Source: Candidatus Dormiibacterota bacterium (GTDB lineage Bacteria; Chloroflexota; Dormibacteria; CF-121). Taken from it: a DNA stretch of 64,000 nt. Positions 1 through 8,936 of the stretch are shown in pieces. The stretch is from the NCBI GenBank assembly GCA_035544955.1, contig DASZZN010000033.1, forward strand, positions 139,329 through 203,328. The letters run 5' to 3'. Within the stretch, counting starts at the first letter, position 1. Each line of letters starts with the position of its first letter. The position numbers were made by a program, and so were the translations under genes. The notes beneath the pieces were generated by a model that had not been told where the DNA came from, ran no database searches, and saw only the letters and a list, made by a program, of their open reading frames with translations.

Positions 1-247
1 CGTCGACTGGGCCTTCATGACCGACCTGATCCCCAAAGCCGAGGCGGGTCGCTACATGGGTGTCTCGAATATCGCAACCGCCAGCGCGGGCCTGATTGCG
101 CGCCCGATCCTCGGGCCCATCATCGACGCCTTCGACAACAACCGCACGAGCGCGGTCGGCTATCGCGTGATGTTCGGCATCGTCACCGGCTTCTTCTTGA
201 TCGCGCTGCTGACCCTGCAGCCGGTGCGCGAGATCAAGGTCGAGTAG
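1..247 (+). CDS. C-terminal fragment of a membrane transporter (MFS-like), 5' end outside window
   Basis: Open frame enters from window edge; hydrophobic C-terminal TM segment (GIVTGFFLIALLTL) typical of MFS permease ends; stop at 245-247. Confidence 0.45.
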   Translation, partial: VDWAFMTDLIPKAEAGRYMGVSNIATASAGLIARPILGPIIDAFDNNRTSAVGYRVMFGIVTGFFLIALLTLQPVREIKVE

Positions 248-250
248 CGG

Positions 251-1516
251 TCAGTCGAGGGCCGGGAGGCTGACGTCGACCTCGGTGCCCTTGCCTTCGG
301 CGCTCTTCACGTCGATCTCACCCTTGTGCGCGTCCACGATCCATTTGGCGATCGCGAGGCCGAGACCGGTGCCGCCGCTCTCGCGCGTCCGCGCCTTATC
401 CGCCCGGTAGAAGCGCTCGAAGATATGGGGCAGGTCTCCACTGGGGATGCCCTCGCCGGTGTCGCTCACGGTGACATGGGCGCGGCCGTTCTGGCGCACC
501 ACGCCGACCAACACCTCCCCGCCAGCGGGCGTGTGGGTCAGGGCATTGTCGATCAGGATCAGCAAAAGCTGACGAACCCGGACCAGGTCGGCGTCCACGC
601 GAACGCCACCGTTGAGATCCGGGCGAAGCTGGACGCCGCGCTCCTCCGCCAGCGGTGTCGCCTGGACGATCAGCCCCTTGACGACCTCGTTGAGCTCCAT
701 CGGCCGGGGGTCGAGCCGCAGTTGTCTGGCGTCGGCCAGGGCCAGCGTGGTCAGATCGCCCACGATCCGGTTCAACTGTTCGACCTCCTCGACGATGCTC
801 TTGGCATATACGCGGGATGTCCCATTGGAGCGCCGCAGCCAGGCCTCGACGTTGGTCCGGATCAGGGTGAGCGGCGTGCGCAGCTCGTGCGACGCGTCCG
901 CCACGAATTCTCGCTGGCGCTGGAAGGCACGACCGATGGGGCGGAGGGAGCGAGTCGCCATCAGCAACGAGGCGAGCGCGCCTAGCACGATCCCGATGGC
1001 CGACGCCAGCACGAGCTGCCGCACCAGCCGAGAGAGCGCGTCACCAACCCAGGAGTTCGGTTGCGCCACCTGCAAGACGCCGACGACCTTCTTTGACTTC
1101 GCCAGGATGGGGCGGGTATCGACCATGTAGAGCTCGCTGCCGCTGGAGACCTGCGTCTCACTCTGTTGGCCGGCGTTGGCCGCGGCGATCGGCGCCGTGA
1201 GGCTCGGGTTGTTGAAGAGCTTTTTGAGCTCGGCGCGCGGTTGGCTGACTTCCTGGCCCTTGGGGTCGAGCACGCGCACGAACACCTCGGCGACGCTGGG
1301 GGTGAGGAGCGCCTGGGCGGTCACGCTCACCGTGTCCCCGGTGACGGTCACGTTGCTCAGCGCCTGCGTCACGGCCGAGCGGAGATCTTTGTCGGCTTTG
1401 GCGTGCAGGGCCTCTGAGACCGTGACGTAGACGATCAGATCAAAGCATCCAAGGATCAGAATGAGCAGCACGAAATACTGTGCGGCGAGGCGCGCCAGCG
1501 CGCCCCGGAACATCAT
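251..1516 (-). CDS. sensor histidine kinase (TM-HAMP-HisKA-HATPase)
   Basis: N-terminal TM segments, H-box 'ADASHELRTPLT', C-terminal G-box motifs 'DTGEGIP' and 'GGTGLGLAI'; 4-nt overlap with downstream regulator. Confidence 0.85.
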   Translation of the reverse strand: MMFRGALARLAAQYFVLLILILGCFDLIVYVTVSEALHAKADKDLRSAVTQALSNVTVTGDTVSVTAQALLTPSVAEVFVRVLDPKGQEVSQPRAELKKLFNNPSLTAPIAAANAGQQSETQVSSGSELYMVDTRPILAKSKKVVGVLQVAQPNSWVGDALSRLVRQLVLASAIGIVLGALASLLMATRSLRPIGRAFQRQREFVADASHELRTPLTLIRTNVEAWLRRSNGTSRVYAKSIVEEVEQLNRIVGDLTTLALADARQLRLDPRPMELNEVVKGLIVQATPLAEERGVQLRPDLNGGVRVDADLVRVRQLLLILIDNALTHTPAGGEVLVGVVRQNGRAHVTVSDTGEGIPSGDLPHIFERFYRADKARTRESGGTGLGLAIAKWIVDAHKGEIDVKSAEGKGTEVDVSLPALD

Positions 1517-2184
1517 CCCGACAGCCGGTACCCGACCCCATACACCGTCTGGATGAGCTTCGGGGAGCGGCCCTCATCGATCTTGTCGCGCAGGTACGAG
1601 ATGTAGACCGCGACGCGGTTGGTCGTGCCTTCGAAGTTGTAGTCCCAGACGCGCTCCGCGATCTGCGCCTGTGTCAGCACCTGGTTGGGATGGCGCATCA
1701 AGAACTCGAGCAGGGCGAACTCGCGTGCCGTCAACTCGATCGGCGTGTCCCCCCGCCGGACCTGGTGCGTCTTCAGATCGAGCACCAGATCGGCCACCTG
1801 CAACCGATTGGCGTGGCCATTCTTTTGCTCCCTCCGCATGAGGGCCCGCAGTCGGGCGAGGAGTTCCTCGAACGCGAAGGGCTTCGGCAGGTAGTCGTCC
1901 GCACCGGCGTCAAGGCCCGCGACACGGTCATGGATCTGGCTGCGCGCCGTCAGCATGATGACCGGCGTTTGAATGCGGTTCTGGCGCAGCCAGCGGCACA
2001 CCTCGATGCCGTCCTTCTTCGGAATCATCAGATCGAGGATGATGGCGTCGTAACGCGCGGTTTCCGCCAGTTCCTGGGCCCGTTCACCGTCGGCGGCGAT
2101 GTCAACGGCGTACCGCTCGTCCTCCAGGAGCTGCTTGAGCAGCGTCGAGAGCTTGCGCTCGTCCTCGACGAGGAGGAGGTTCAT
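1513..2184 (-). CDS. OmpR-family response regulator (REC + winged-helix)
   Basis: 'LLVEDE...DAIILDLMIPKKDG' receiver motifs, C-terminal 'LTAREFALLEFLMRHPNQVLT...VWDYNF' trans_reg_C; overlaps the kinase gene. Confidence 0.9.
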   Translation of the reverse strand: MNLLLVEDERKLSTLLKQLLEDERYAVDIAADGERAQELAETARYDAIILDLMIPKKDGIEVCRWLRQNRIQTPVIMLTARSQIHDRVAGLDAGADDYLPKPFAFEELLARLRALMRREQKNGHANRLQVADLVLDLKTHQVRRGDTPIELTAREFALLEFLMRHPNQVLTQAQIAERVWDYNFEGTTNRVAVYISYLRDKIDEGRSPKLIQTVYGVGYRLSG

Positions 2185-2256
2185 GGGGATATGTCCCAGT
2201 GTAGCGGGTCGCCAGCCGGATGTAGGCGACCGCCAAACCCCCCGACGAGCGCGAGC

Positions 2257-2559
2257 TTAAACGGCGACCGAGGAGACGGTGGGGACGCGCTGCGCGGCCA
2301 GCTCGGCGGCCGTGAGCAGGTGGTTACCCGAGATCCGGGAGCCGCTGTCGACGAAGCGTCCGAGACTGGCACGGGCCCGGCGGACGTTCCAGCCCAGGAT
2401 GTCGCAGTATTCGACAAAGGTCTCCCCGGCAAAGAATCGCTCCGATTCGCAGCGATAGGTCTCCACGCTGAGGTCCGCGACCGCCTGCCAGATCACCCGG
2501 GTCAAGAGTGACTGGACGGCCTCCAGAGGGATATCCGGTTCCGTTGCGCCCTTTCTCAT
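2257..2559 (-). CDS. hypothetical protein (100 aa)
   Basis: Only ORF with coding-like GC3 in this gap; no recognisable motif; next to AT-rich patch and transposase remnant. Confidence 0.3.
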   Translation of the reverse strand: MRKGATEPDIPLEAVQSLLTRVIWQAVADLSVETYRCESERFFAGETFVEYCDILGWNVRRARASLGRFVDSGSRISGNHLLTAAELAAQRVPTVSSVAV

Positions 2560-2674
2560 CCCTTCCTCCGATCGAACGCCGCCACCACGGCCGCTTGCCG
2601 TGCCATTTGAATGATGGTTTCGCTAATTTAACAAGTGATACCGATAATGTCAATCGCCTAAGGCTGGGGTGTTC

Positions 2675-2818
2675 ATGTGCGGCGGCCTGACGCTGCCCGA
2701 AGGGGCAGCCGTGCTGGGGTTGTCGGTTCGCCAACTGAAGCGATTGAAGCGCCGATATCGGCAACGGGGGCCGGCCAGCCTAAGGCTGGGGTTCTTGCAG
2801 TTCAGGGATCGCCCCTAA
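2675..2818 (+). pseudogene. remnant of a transposase N-terminal helix-turn-helix (47 codons)
   Basis: ATG at 2675; 'LTLPEGAAVLGLSVRQLKRLKRRYRQRG' matches the HTH leader of IS3/IS481/IS630-type transposases; no catalytic domain follows; flanked by 15-bp direct repeats. Confidence 0.3.
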
Positions 2819-3455
2819 CGCTGGGCCACTTCCCTGCAGCGGGATGTCCCAATAGGCCGGCGGCCTTGACGCCACGACTGACGGGTGTCAGTCGCCTGGT
2901 GACACTGGACGGGAGCAACGCCACGTGGGGGATCCGTTCGAGGTGCTCCGCGATCGGCCAGAGGTCGATCTCTGCCGTCATCCAATGGAGCCGGTCGAAG
3001 CGAGTCAGGTTGACGGGGCGTCCGTATCCGCGAAGGGTCCGCTCGCCATCCAGATTGAAGTAGTGCTCGAAATACGACATGGCCAGCTCGCGCAGGGTTC
3101 GGTAGACCGGTTCCCGGTTGCGCAGGCCGGTGAACTTGCTCGTGCCGATCGCGCCCCAGAGCCGGCGCCACCGATAGACCGCAATCACGTGGTCCTCGTC
3201 GTGCACCGCGGTGAGATCCATGATCAGCGGCGGGGCACCCTGGACTCGCAGCGCGGCGGCCGCCAGCACGGCGCCCTCGATGCAGTTGGCCGTCTGGTCG
3301 CGCAGGACGCGCCGCGGCGAGCGGAAGGTTTCCCCGTCGTCTTCGGTGTTGTACGGGATCTCGTCGAGGAACCGCTGGATCTTCGAGGGTGTGTCGAGGC
3401 GCCGGCGGAAGGTCGCCCGCTCCTTCGCCGTCAGCTCAGCGAGGGGACGGGGCAT
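2802..3455 (-). CDS. hypothetical protein, possible transglutaminase-like cysteine-peptidase fold
   Basis: 217-aa ORF with good GC3; 'TANCIEGAVLAAAALRVQGAPPLIMDL...HDEDHVIAVY' resembles the Cys...His core of transglutaminase-like proteins. Confidence 0.45.
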   Translation of the reverse strand: MPRPLAELTAKERATFRRRLDTPSKIQRFLDEIPYNTEDDGETFRSPRRVLRDQTANCIEGAVLAAAALRVQGAPPLIMDLTAVHDEDHVIAVYRWRRLWGAIGTSKFTGLRNREPVYRTLRELAMSYFEHYFNLDGERTLRGYGRPVNLTRFDRLHWMTAEIDLWPIAEHLERIPHVALLPSSVTRRLTPVSRGVKAAGLLGHPAAGKWPSVRGDP

Positions 3456-3512
3456 GGTTGGGGCGGCGGGGTTTCGCTCGCGGGCCGGCTATGGCAGAAT
3501 CTGTAGTTCGAC

Positions 3513-3596
3513 GCGGCTGTGGTGAAATCGGTAAACACGCCAGGTTCAGGGCCTGGTGGGCGCAAGCCCTTGAAGGTTCAAGTCCTTTCAGCCGCA
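3513..3596 (+). tRNA. tRNA-Leu (anticodon CAG), class II with long variable arm
   Basis: Acceptor GCGGCTG/CAGCCGC, 3-bp D-stem, anticodon stem CCAGG/CCTGG with loop TTCAGGG, variable hairpin GGGCGCAAGCCC, T-loop TTCAAGT. Confidence 0.8.
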
Positions 3597-3619
3597 TACC
3601 CCCCAACTTTCGCGCGCGC

Positions 3620-5248
3620 TTATCGCCCCACCTCGCGGTACCAGTCGCTGACGTAGGCGTACCGCTCCTCCGGCTCGATGGCCGAATCAAGGCGTACCCC
3701 ACGGATGCGGCGGTTGACAGCCATCACGTACCGTGGGCTGTAGAGAAAGACCGCCGGAATCTCCTTGGCAAAATCCTCCTGGAACGTGGCATAAGCCTTG
3801 GCCCGGGCCGTCAGGTCGAGTGTGTTACGACCGTCCTCGAGGTCGCCGTCGATGAAGACGTTCTTCTTCATGCCCGCGAAGTTGAAGCCGCCTGGGTGGG
3901 CCTGGGAGGAGTGCCAGAAGGAGTAGACGTCGGGATCAGGTCCATTGTCGAAGGCCGTGAGCGTCATGTCGAAGGTCCGCGGGTTGAGGTAGTCGTGAAT
4001 CAAGGAGGCTGTGGTGACGGGACGCACCTCGGCGACGATCCCCACTTGCGACAGCTGACTGGCCACCTTCTCGGCCACCCGTTCGTAGGGCGGGACGTCG
4101 CTCGACACCGTCAAGCCGAAGCTGAGGCTGGTGGTGCCCTTGGTGCGGATGCCGTTGACCAGGGTCCACCCTGCGTCGTCGAGCAGCTTCGCGGCGGCGA
4201 TCTGGTCGTAGGCGGGCTGCTGGGCCGCGCTGTCATAGGCCCACGTGATCGAACGCGGGATCGGCGAGTCGTCGGGCACGGCCTGGCCGCCGAGGACATC
4301 CCGGATGATCGCAGTCCGGTCGATCGCCTTCGCGATCGCCTGCCTGACCCGGACGTCCTGGAAGTAGGGCTCGTCGGTTTTCAGGTTGAAGATCAGCTCT
4401 GCATATTGATAGGTCGAGCTCGCGAGAACCTTGACCTGCGTGTTCGCCTGCTCCTGGGCGGTACCGGACGGCGTCAGATTGGCCAGACCATCGATCTGGC
4501 CACGGTCGAGCGCATCTAACGCCGCCGCCTGGGACGGGAAGCTGCGGATGGTGACGGATTCGAGCCAGGGCCGGCGCCAGGCAAACGGATTGCGTTCCAA
4601 CTGGATCCGGTCCCCCTGCGTTGACACCATCCGAAAAGGCCCGGTGCCGACCGGGTTCAGATTGGGAGAAGCCGAAGCGAGCTCGGCCATGGCCTTGCCC
4701 GCGAGCAGGTGTGCTGGCACGATGTCGAGCAGCTCGAGGTTTGCCAGGAATCCCGCGTTGTGGCCGGGAAGCGCGAAGCGAACGTGGCCCGGGTCGACCG
4801 CCGTGGCGATGATGTCCTTCCAGCTCTGGTTGAGTAGCGCGCCCGGGAATTGCGGATCCTGGACGGTCCGAACCGTAAAGACGACGTCATCGGCGGTGAG
4901 GGGGGTGCCGTCCGACCAGCGCGCATCCGGGCGCAAGGTGAAGATATAGCTGCGCCCATCCGGGCTGACTTCCCAATGTGAGGCCAGCCGTCCCTGGACC
5001 GTGCCGGTTGGTAAGACGCGGACGAGCGGCTCGAAGAGCAGGGCATCGAGGTCGTTGGGCCCGGCCGTGGCCTCGCCAAAGAGTGGGTTCAGCGATCCGA
5101 CCAGGCCGACCACGCCCTCCACGTAGGTGCCGCCGGGTCGGGGCGCCTCGGGTGACAGGATGACGCCACGAAAAACCAGGACCAGAATCGTCAGCAGCGC
5201 GCTCAGCGGCACGCCCACCCCGAGGGCGAGCAGTCCGCGCCGGATCAA
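3620..5248 (-). CDS. ABC transporter substrate-binding protein, family 5 (peptide/nickel type)
   Basis: 542 aa, N-terminal hydrophobic anchor, SBP_bac_5-like sequence throughout; ATGA overlap with secG stop. Confidence 0.8.
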   Translation of the reverse strand: MIRRGLLALGVGVPLSALLTILVLVFRGVILSPEAPRPGGTYVEGVVGLVGSLNPLFGEATAGPNDLDALLFEPLVRVLPTGTVQGRLASHWEVSPDGRSYIFTLRPDARWSDGTPLTADDVVFTVRTVQDPQFPGALLNQSWKDIIATAVDPGHVRFALPGHNAGFLANLELLDIVPAHLLAGKAMAELASASPNLNPVGTGPFRMVSTQGDRIQLERNPFAWRRPWLESVTIRSFPSQAAALDALDRGQIDGLANLTPSGTAQEQANTQVKVLASSTYQYAELIFNLKTDEPYFQDVRVRQAIAKAIDRTAIIRDVLGGQAVPDDSPIPRSITWAYDSAAQQPAYDQIAAAKLLDDAGWTLVNGIRTKGTTSLSFGLTVSSDVPPYERVAEKVASQLSQVGIVAEVRPVTTASLIHDYLNPRTFDMTLTAFDNGPDPDVYSFWHSSQAHPGGFNFAGMKKNVFIDGDLEDGRNTLDLTARAKAYATFQEDFAKEIPAVFLYSPRYVMAVNRRIRGVRLDSAIEPEERYAYVSDWYREVGR

Positions 5249-5475
5249 CCGACTCGGATGTAGACGACGGAGACCACCACGAAGAGGACGACCAGTCCGA
5301 TCGTGGCATAGAACAGGTTCTTTTCCAGTCCGCGCTTCGTGCGGTAGCCACCGCCCGAATCTCCGCCGCCACCGATGGTGCCGCCCAGCCCGCTCGCCTT
5401 GGGCGTCTGGAGCAACACACCCAGCATGACAAGGAGGGCCAGGACGAGTTCGACGATACCGAGGAAGGATTTCAT
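5245..5475 (-). CDS. secG: preprotein translocase subunit SecG
   Basis: 'MKSFLGIVELVLALLVMLGVLLQ...GGGGDSGGG...LFYATIGLVVLFVVVSVV' two-TM SecG signature; the track ORF is an N-extended artefact. Confidence 0.8.
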   Translation of the reverse strand: MKSFLGIVELVLALLVMLGVLLQTPKASGLGGTIGGGGDSGGGYRTKRGLEKNLFYATIGLVVLFVVVSVVYIRVG

Positions 5476-5563
5476 TGAGGCCGAAGCCGCTGAATTATAC
5501 CGCCAATTCTCCGCCAGCCCGGCCGGATGGCTGGCGTTGACATATACACAAATATGTAGTAGC

Positions 5564-6625
5564 ATGCCGGACGTGTACGGCCCGACCCGCTGCCTCCGGT
5601 TGCCCCTCCTCCTCCTGGCGCTGCTGGCTGCCTCCTGTGCGCCGGGCCGTACCGCCCCTCCGACGGGCGCCGCCCTTGCCCTCCCGGCGGTCCCCGTGGC
5701 GCCGATCAGCAGCGGGGCCGACCGGCTGGTCCCGCTGCCCGACGGCGCAGCCGCCTTTGCGGCGATCATCGAGGCGCTGAGCCACGCGCGCCGCTCGATC
5801 GATCTCGAGCTCTACGAGTTCCAGCGACCGGATCTCGCCCTCATGCTGCTTGACGCCCGCGACCGTGGCGTGACGGTGACCGCCATCAAGGATCCATCGG
5901 AGCGGAGCAGTCGAACCATCTGGGCCCAGCTCGAACAAGGGGGCGTGAGGGTGGTGGCCTTCCCCCTGGAGCGCCTCACGATCGACCACGTAAAGCTGCT
6001 GATCGTCGACAGGACCCGTGCCATCGTCGGCGGTATCAACTGGGGCACGCACTCGTCGACGAACCACGACTTCGATGTGCTGGCGTCCGGCCCCGTCGTG
6101 GACAACCTCGAGCGCGTCTTCACGCAGGACCTTGCGCTGGCGGGTGAGCCGACCATCATTCCATCCCCTGCCGCCGACCGGGCCGTTCAGGTGTTGACGA
6201 CCCGTCCCGGTGACGGGATCAGGGCGGCCGCGCTCGCCGCGATCGGCGCCGCCCACCAGTCGATCGATATCGAGATGTTCGTCTTGAGCGATCGCCTGGT
6301 CCTGGAGGCGCTGGTGGCGGCAGCGCGTCGTGGTGTGCATCTCCGCATCCTGCTGGACCCGACCCAGCCGCAAAATGCCGCCGTCTTCGCGCAATTGCAG
6401 CCGGCGGGCGCCACGGTCCGCTTCTACCGGCAGGCGGGCGATGAGCTGCTGCACGCCAAGCTCGGGATCTTCGACGGCGGGGTGGTTCTCTTCGGTAGCT
6501 GCAACTGGTCACGCTCCGGGTTCACGCGCAACCATGAGCTCGACCTCCTGCTCAGCGAGCCGACGCTGGCGCGGACCTTTCTCAGCCGGCTCGAACAGGA
6601 CTGGGCGGAGTCCCAGCAACCGTGA
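5564..6625 (+). CDS. phospholipase D-family lipoprotein (two HKD motifs)
   Basis: Start at internal ATG with lipobox 'LLALLAASC'; HKD motifs 'HVKLLIVD' and 'HAKLGIFD...GSCNWS'. Confidence 0.8.
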   Translation: MPDVYGPTRCLRLPLLLLALLAASCAPGRTAPPTGAALALPAVPVAPISSGADRLVPLPDGAAAFAAIIEALSHARRSIDLELYEFQRPDLALMLLDARDRGVTVTAIKDPSERSSRTIWAQLEQGGVRVVAFPLERLTIDHVKLLIVDRTRAIVGGINWGTHSSTNHDFDVLASGPVVDNLERVFTQDLALAGEPTIIPSPAADRAVQVLTTRPGDGIRAAALAAIGAAHQSIDIEMFVLSDRLVLEALVAAARRGVHLRILLDPTQPQNAAVFAQLQPAGATVRFYRQAGDELLHAKLGIFDGGVVLFGSCNWSRSGFTRNHELDLLLSEPTLARTFLSRLEQDWAESQQP

Positions 6626-8165
6626 GGTCGTCACCAGACATGGCACGGGGCACGTCGAGCCCGACCAGGGGCAACAGCGTGGGCGCCACATCGCCCAACT
6701 TGCCGCCGTCGCGGAGCCCCTGGACCCCTCGCGCGCCGGCGAGAATGAGCGGCACGGGGCTCGTGGTATGGGCGGTCAGGGGCGCGCCGGTTGCGCGATC
6801 GACCTTCAATTCGGCGTTCCCGTGGTCCGCCGTGATGGCCAGGATGCCGCCACTGCCCAGCACGGGGCCGACGATCCGACCGAGCATGGCATCGACGACC
6901 TCGACCGCCTTCACCGTCGCGGGGAAGACCCCCGTGTGGCCCACCATGTCCGGGTTGGCGAAGTTGACGACCAGGAATCGGTAGTCGCCTTTATCGAGCC
7001 GCCGCAGGAGCTCGTCGGTGACCCCAACCGCACTCATCTCCGGCTGCAGGTCGTAGGTTGCCACCCTCGGCGACGGGACCAGCAGCCGGTCCTCGCCCGA
7101 AAACGCAACCTCACGTCCGCCGTTCAGGAAGTAGGTCACGTGGGCGTACTTCTCGGTCTCGGCGATGTGGAGTTGCCGCCACCCCGCCTGTGAGACGACC
7201 TCGGCCACGACCTGGCGGAGCGGCTCGTCGCGGAACGCTACCTCCGCGGGGAGGCCGGCCTCGTACTCGGTGAACGTCACGAAGTGCGCGAGCTTCGGTC
7301 GACGGTTGCGCTCGAAATGCGGCCAGCGCTCATCCAGGATGGCGTGGCTCAGCTGGCGTGCCCGGTCGGGCCGGAAGTTGAAAAAGATCACGCTGTCGCC
7401 GTCGGCCATCGGCGGAGGCGGGGGCTGGCCGTGGGGCACGATGCGGGTCGGCACGATGAATTCGTCGGTGACGCCGGCGCCGTAGCTCTGCTCGATCAAG
7501 GCCACCGGGTCCGTGGCCGTCGGCCCGGTCGCCTCGACCACGGTTCGATAGGCGCGCTCGGTCCGCTCCCAGCGTTTGTCGCGGTCCATCGCGTAGTAAC
7601 GGCCGCTCACCGAGGCCACCGTGCCGGTGCCGATCGTGCGGACGCGCTCGACAAGCTCCGCCATGTAATCGGCGGCGCTCGTGGGGGGCTCGTCGCGGCC
7701 ATCGGTGAAGGCATGCACGGACACGCGAGGTACACCCAGTGAATGCGCCATCTCGAGCAGCGCATACAGGTGTTGGGTGGAGCTGTGAACGCCGCCAGGA
7801 GAGACGAGCCCCATCAGGTGCAGCGCCGGACCGGCCGCCGCGGACTGCGTCGCAGCGCGCAGCACCGGGTTGGTGAGAAAGCTGCCGTCCTGGATCGCGC
7901 GGTTGATCCGGGTCAGGTCCTGGTAGACGATGCGGCCGGCGCCGATGTTCAGGTGGCCGACCTCCGAGTTGCCCTGCTGGCCCTTTGGCAGCCCAACGGG
8001 CTCGCCGGCCGCCGCAAGCGTCGTGTGCGGCCATCGCGTCCAGAGCGCATCCCAGTTGGGCGTCTTCGCTGCGGCAATCGCGTTCCCGAACGGATCGGTG
8101 CGGTATCCCCAGCCATCGATGATGACGAGCACGAGCGCGCGTCCCGGCGCTCCGTCCGCGCTCAC
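6582..8165 (-). CDS. gpmI: 2,3-bisphosphoglycerate-independent phosphoglycerate mutase
   Basis: 'LVLVIIDGWGYR' N-terminus and iPGM homology along full length; 4-nt overlap with tpiA. Confidence 0.9.
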   Translation of the reverse strand: MSADGAPGRALVLVIIDGWGYRTDPFGNAIAAAKTPNWDALWTRWPHTTLAAAGEPVGLPKGQQGNSEVGHLNIGAGRIVYQDLTRINRAIQDGSFLTNPVLRAATQSAAAGPALHLMGLVSPGGVHSSTQHLYALLEMAHSLGVPRVSVHAFTDGRDEPPTSAADYMAELVERVRTIGTGTVASVSGRYYAMDRDKRWERTERAYRTVVEATGPTATDPVALIEQSYGAGVTDEFIVPTRIVPHGQPPPPPMADGDSVIFFNFRPDRARQLSHAILDERWPHFERNRRPKLAHFVTFTEYEAGLPAEVAFRDEPLRQVVAEVVSQAGWRQLHIAETEKYAHVTYFLNGGREVAFSGEDRLLVPSPRVATYDLQPEMSAVGVTDELLRRLDKGDYRFLVVNFANPDMVGHTGVFPATVKAVEVVDAMLGRIVGPVLGSGGILAITADHGNAELKVDRATGAPLTAHTTSPVPLILAGARGVQGLRDGGKLGDVAPTLLPLVGLDVPRAMSGDDLTVAGTPPSPVRAG

Positions 8166-8932
8166 GCCGACGGCACTACCTCAGCGGCGGCGCGCACGAT
8201 CTCCGTGAAATCGGCCTCCTTCAGGCTGGCGCCTCCCACCAGGGCACCGTCGATCTCGGGCTGTTCCATCAGGGTCCGCGCGTTGGCCGACGTCACGCTG
8301 CCCCCATAGAGGATGCGCATCTCTGCGGCGAGCCGCGGGAACTTGTCGGCAAGCAGGGTGCGAATCAGGCCCATGGTCTCGTTCGCGTATTCCGGTGTGG
8401 CCGCCTTCCCGGTGCCGATCGCCCACACCGGCTCATAGGCGATCGTCAGGTCGGTGGCGCGCTCGACCGTAATGCCGTAGAGCGCAGCGCTCAGCTGACG
8501 CGTGATGACCTCCCGGGTCCGTCCAAGCTCGTGCTCCTCGAGGGTCTCACCCACGGCAAGGATGACCTTCAGCTTGTTGCGCTGCGCCACTTGCAGTTTT
8601 CGGTTGAGCTGTTCATCGGTTTCATTGAACAACTGGCGCCGCTCCGAGTGCCCGATCAGCAGGTAGTGGCACCACCCCGCCAGCATCTTCGGCGAAATCT
8701 CACCGGTGAACGGTCCCTGGTCTTCCCACGACGCGTTCTGTGCGCCGACCTCGATCGGGCAACCGCGAAGCAGGTTCGCGATCTCCCAGAGCATCAGCGA
8801 CGGCGGCAGGACCACGACGTCCTCGCGGTTCGCGAATGGCTCGAGCGCATGCCGAAGACGCAGTGCGTACTCCAGGCCTTCGGGGACGGTGAAATGCATT
8901 TTCCAGTTGCCGGCGATCAGTGGCTTGCGCAT
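8162..8932 (-). CDS. tpiA: triosephosphate isomerase
   Basis: 'MRKPLIAGNWKMH...' with 'AYEPVWAIGTGKAAT' active-site region; start taken at internal ATG. Confidence 0.9.
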   Translation of the reverse strand: MRKPLIAGNWKMHFTVPEGLEYALRLRHALEPFANREDVVVLPPSLMLWEIANLLRGCPIEVGAQNASWEDQGPFTGEISPKMLAGWCHYLLIGHSERRQLFNETDEQLNRKLQVAQRNKLKVILAVGETLEEHELGRTREVITRQLSAALYGITVERATDLTIAYEPVWAIGTGKAATPEYANETMGLIRTLLADKFPRLAAEMRILYGGSVTSANARTLMEQPEIDGALVGGASLKEADFTEIVRAAAEVVPSA

Positions 8933-8936
8933 CGAC

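Noticed and set aside
5530-5566. TTGACA-N17-TAGCAT promoter-like element
   Set aside because: The putative -10 overlaps the PLD start codon, so it cannot serve that gene as drawn. It may belong to secG on the other strand or be a chance match in an AT-rich spacer.
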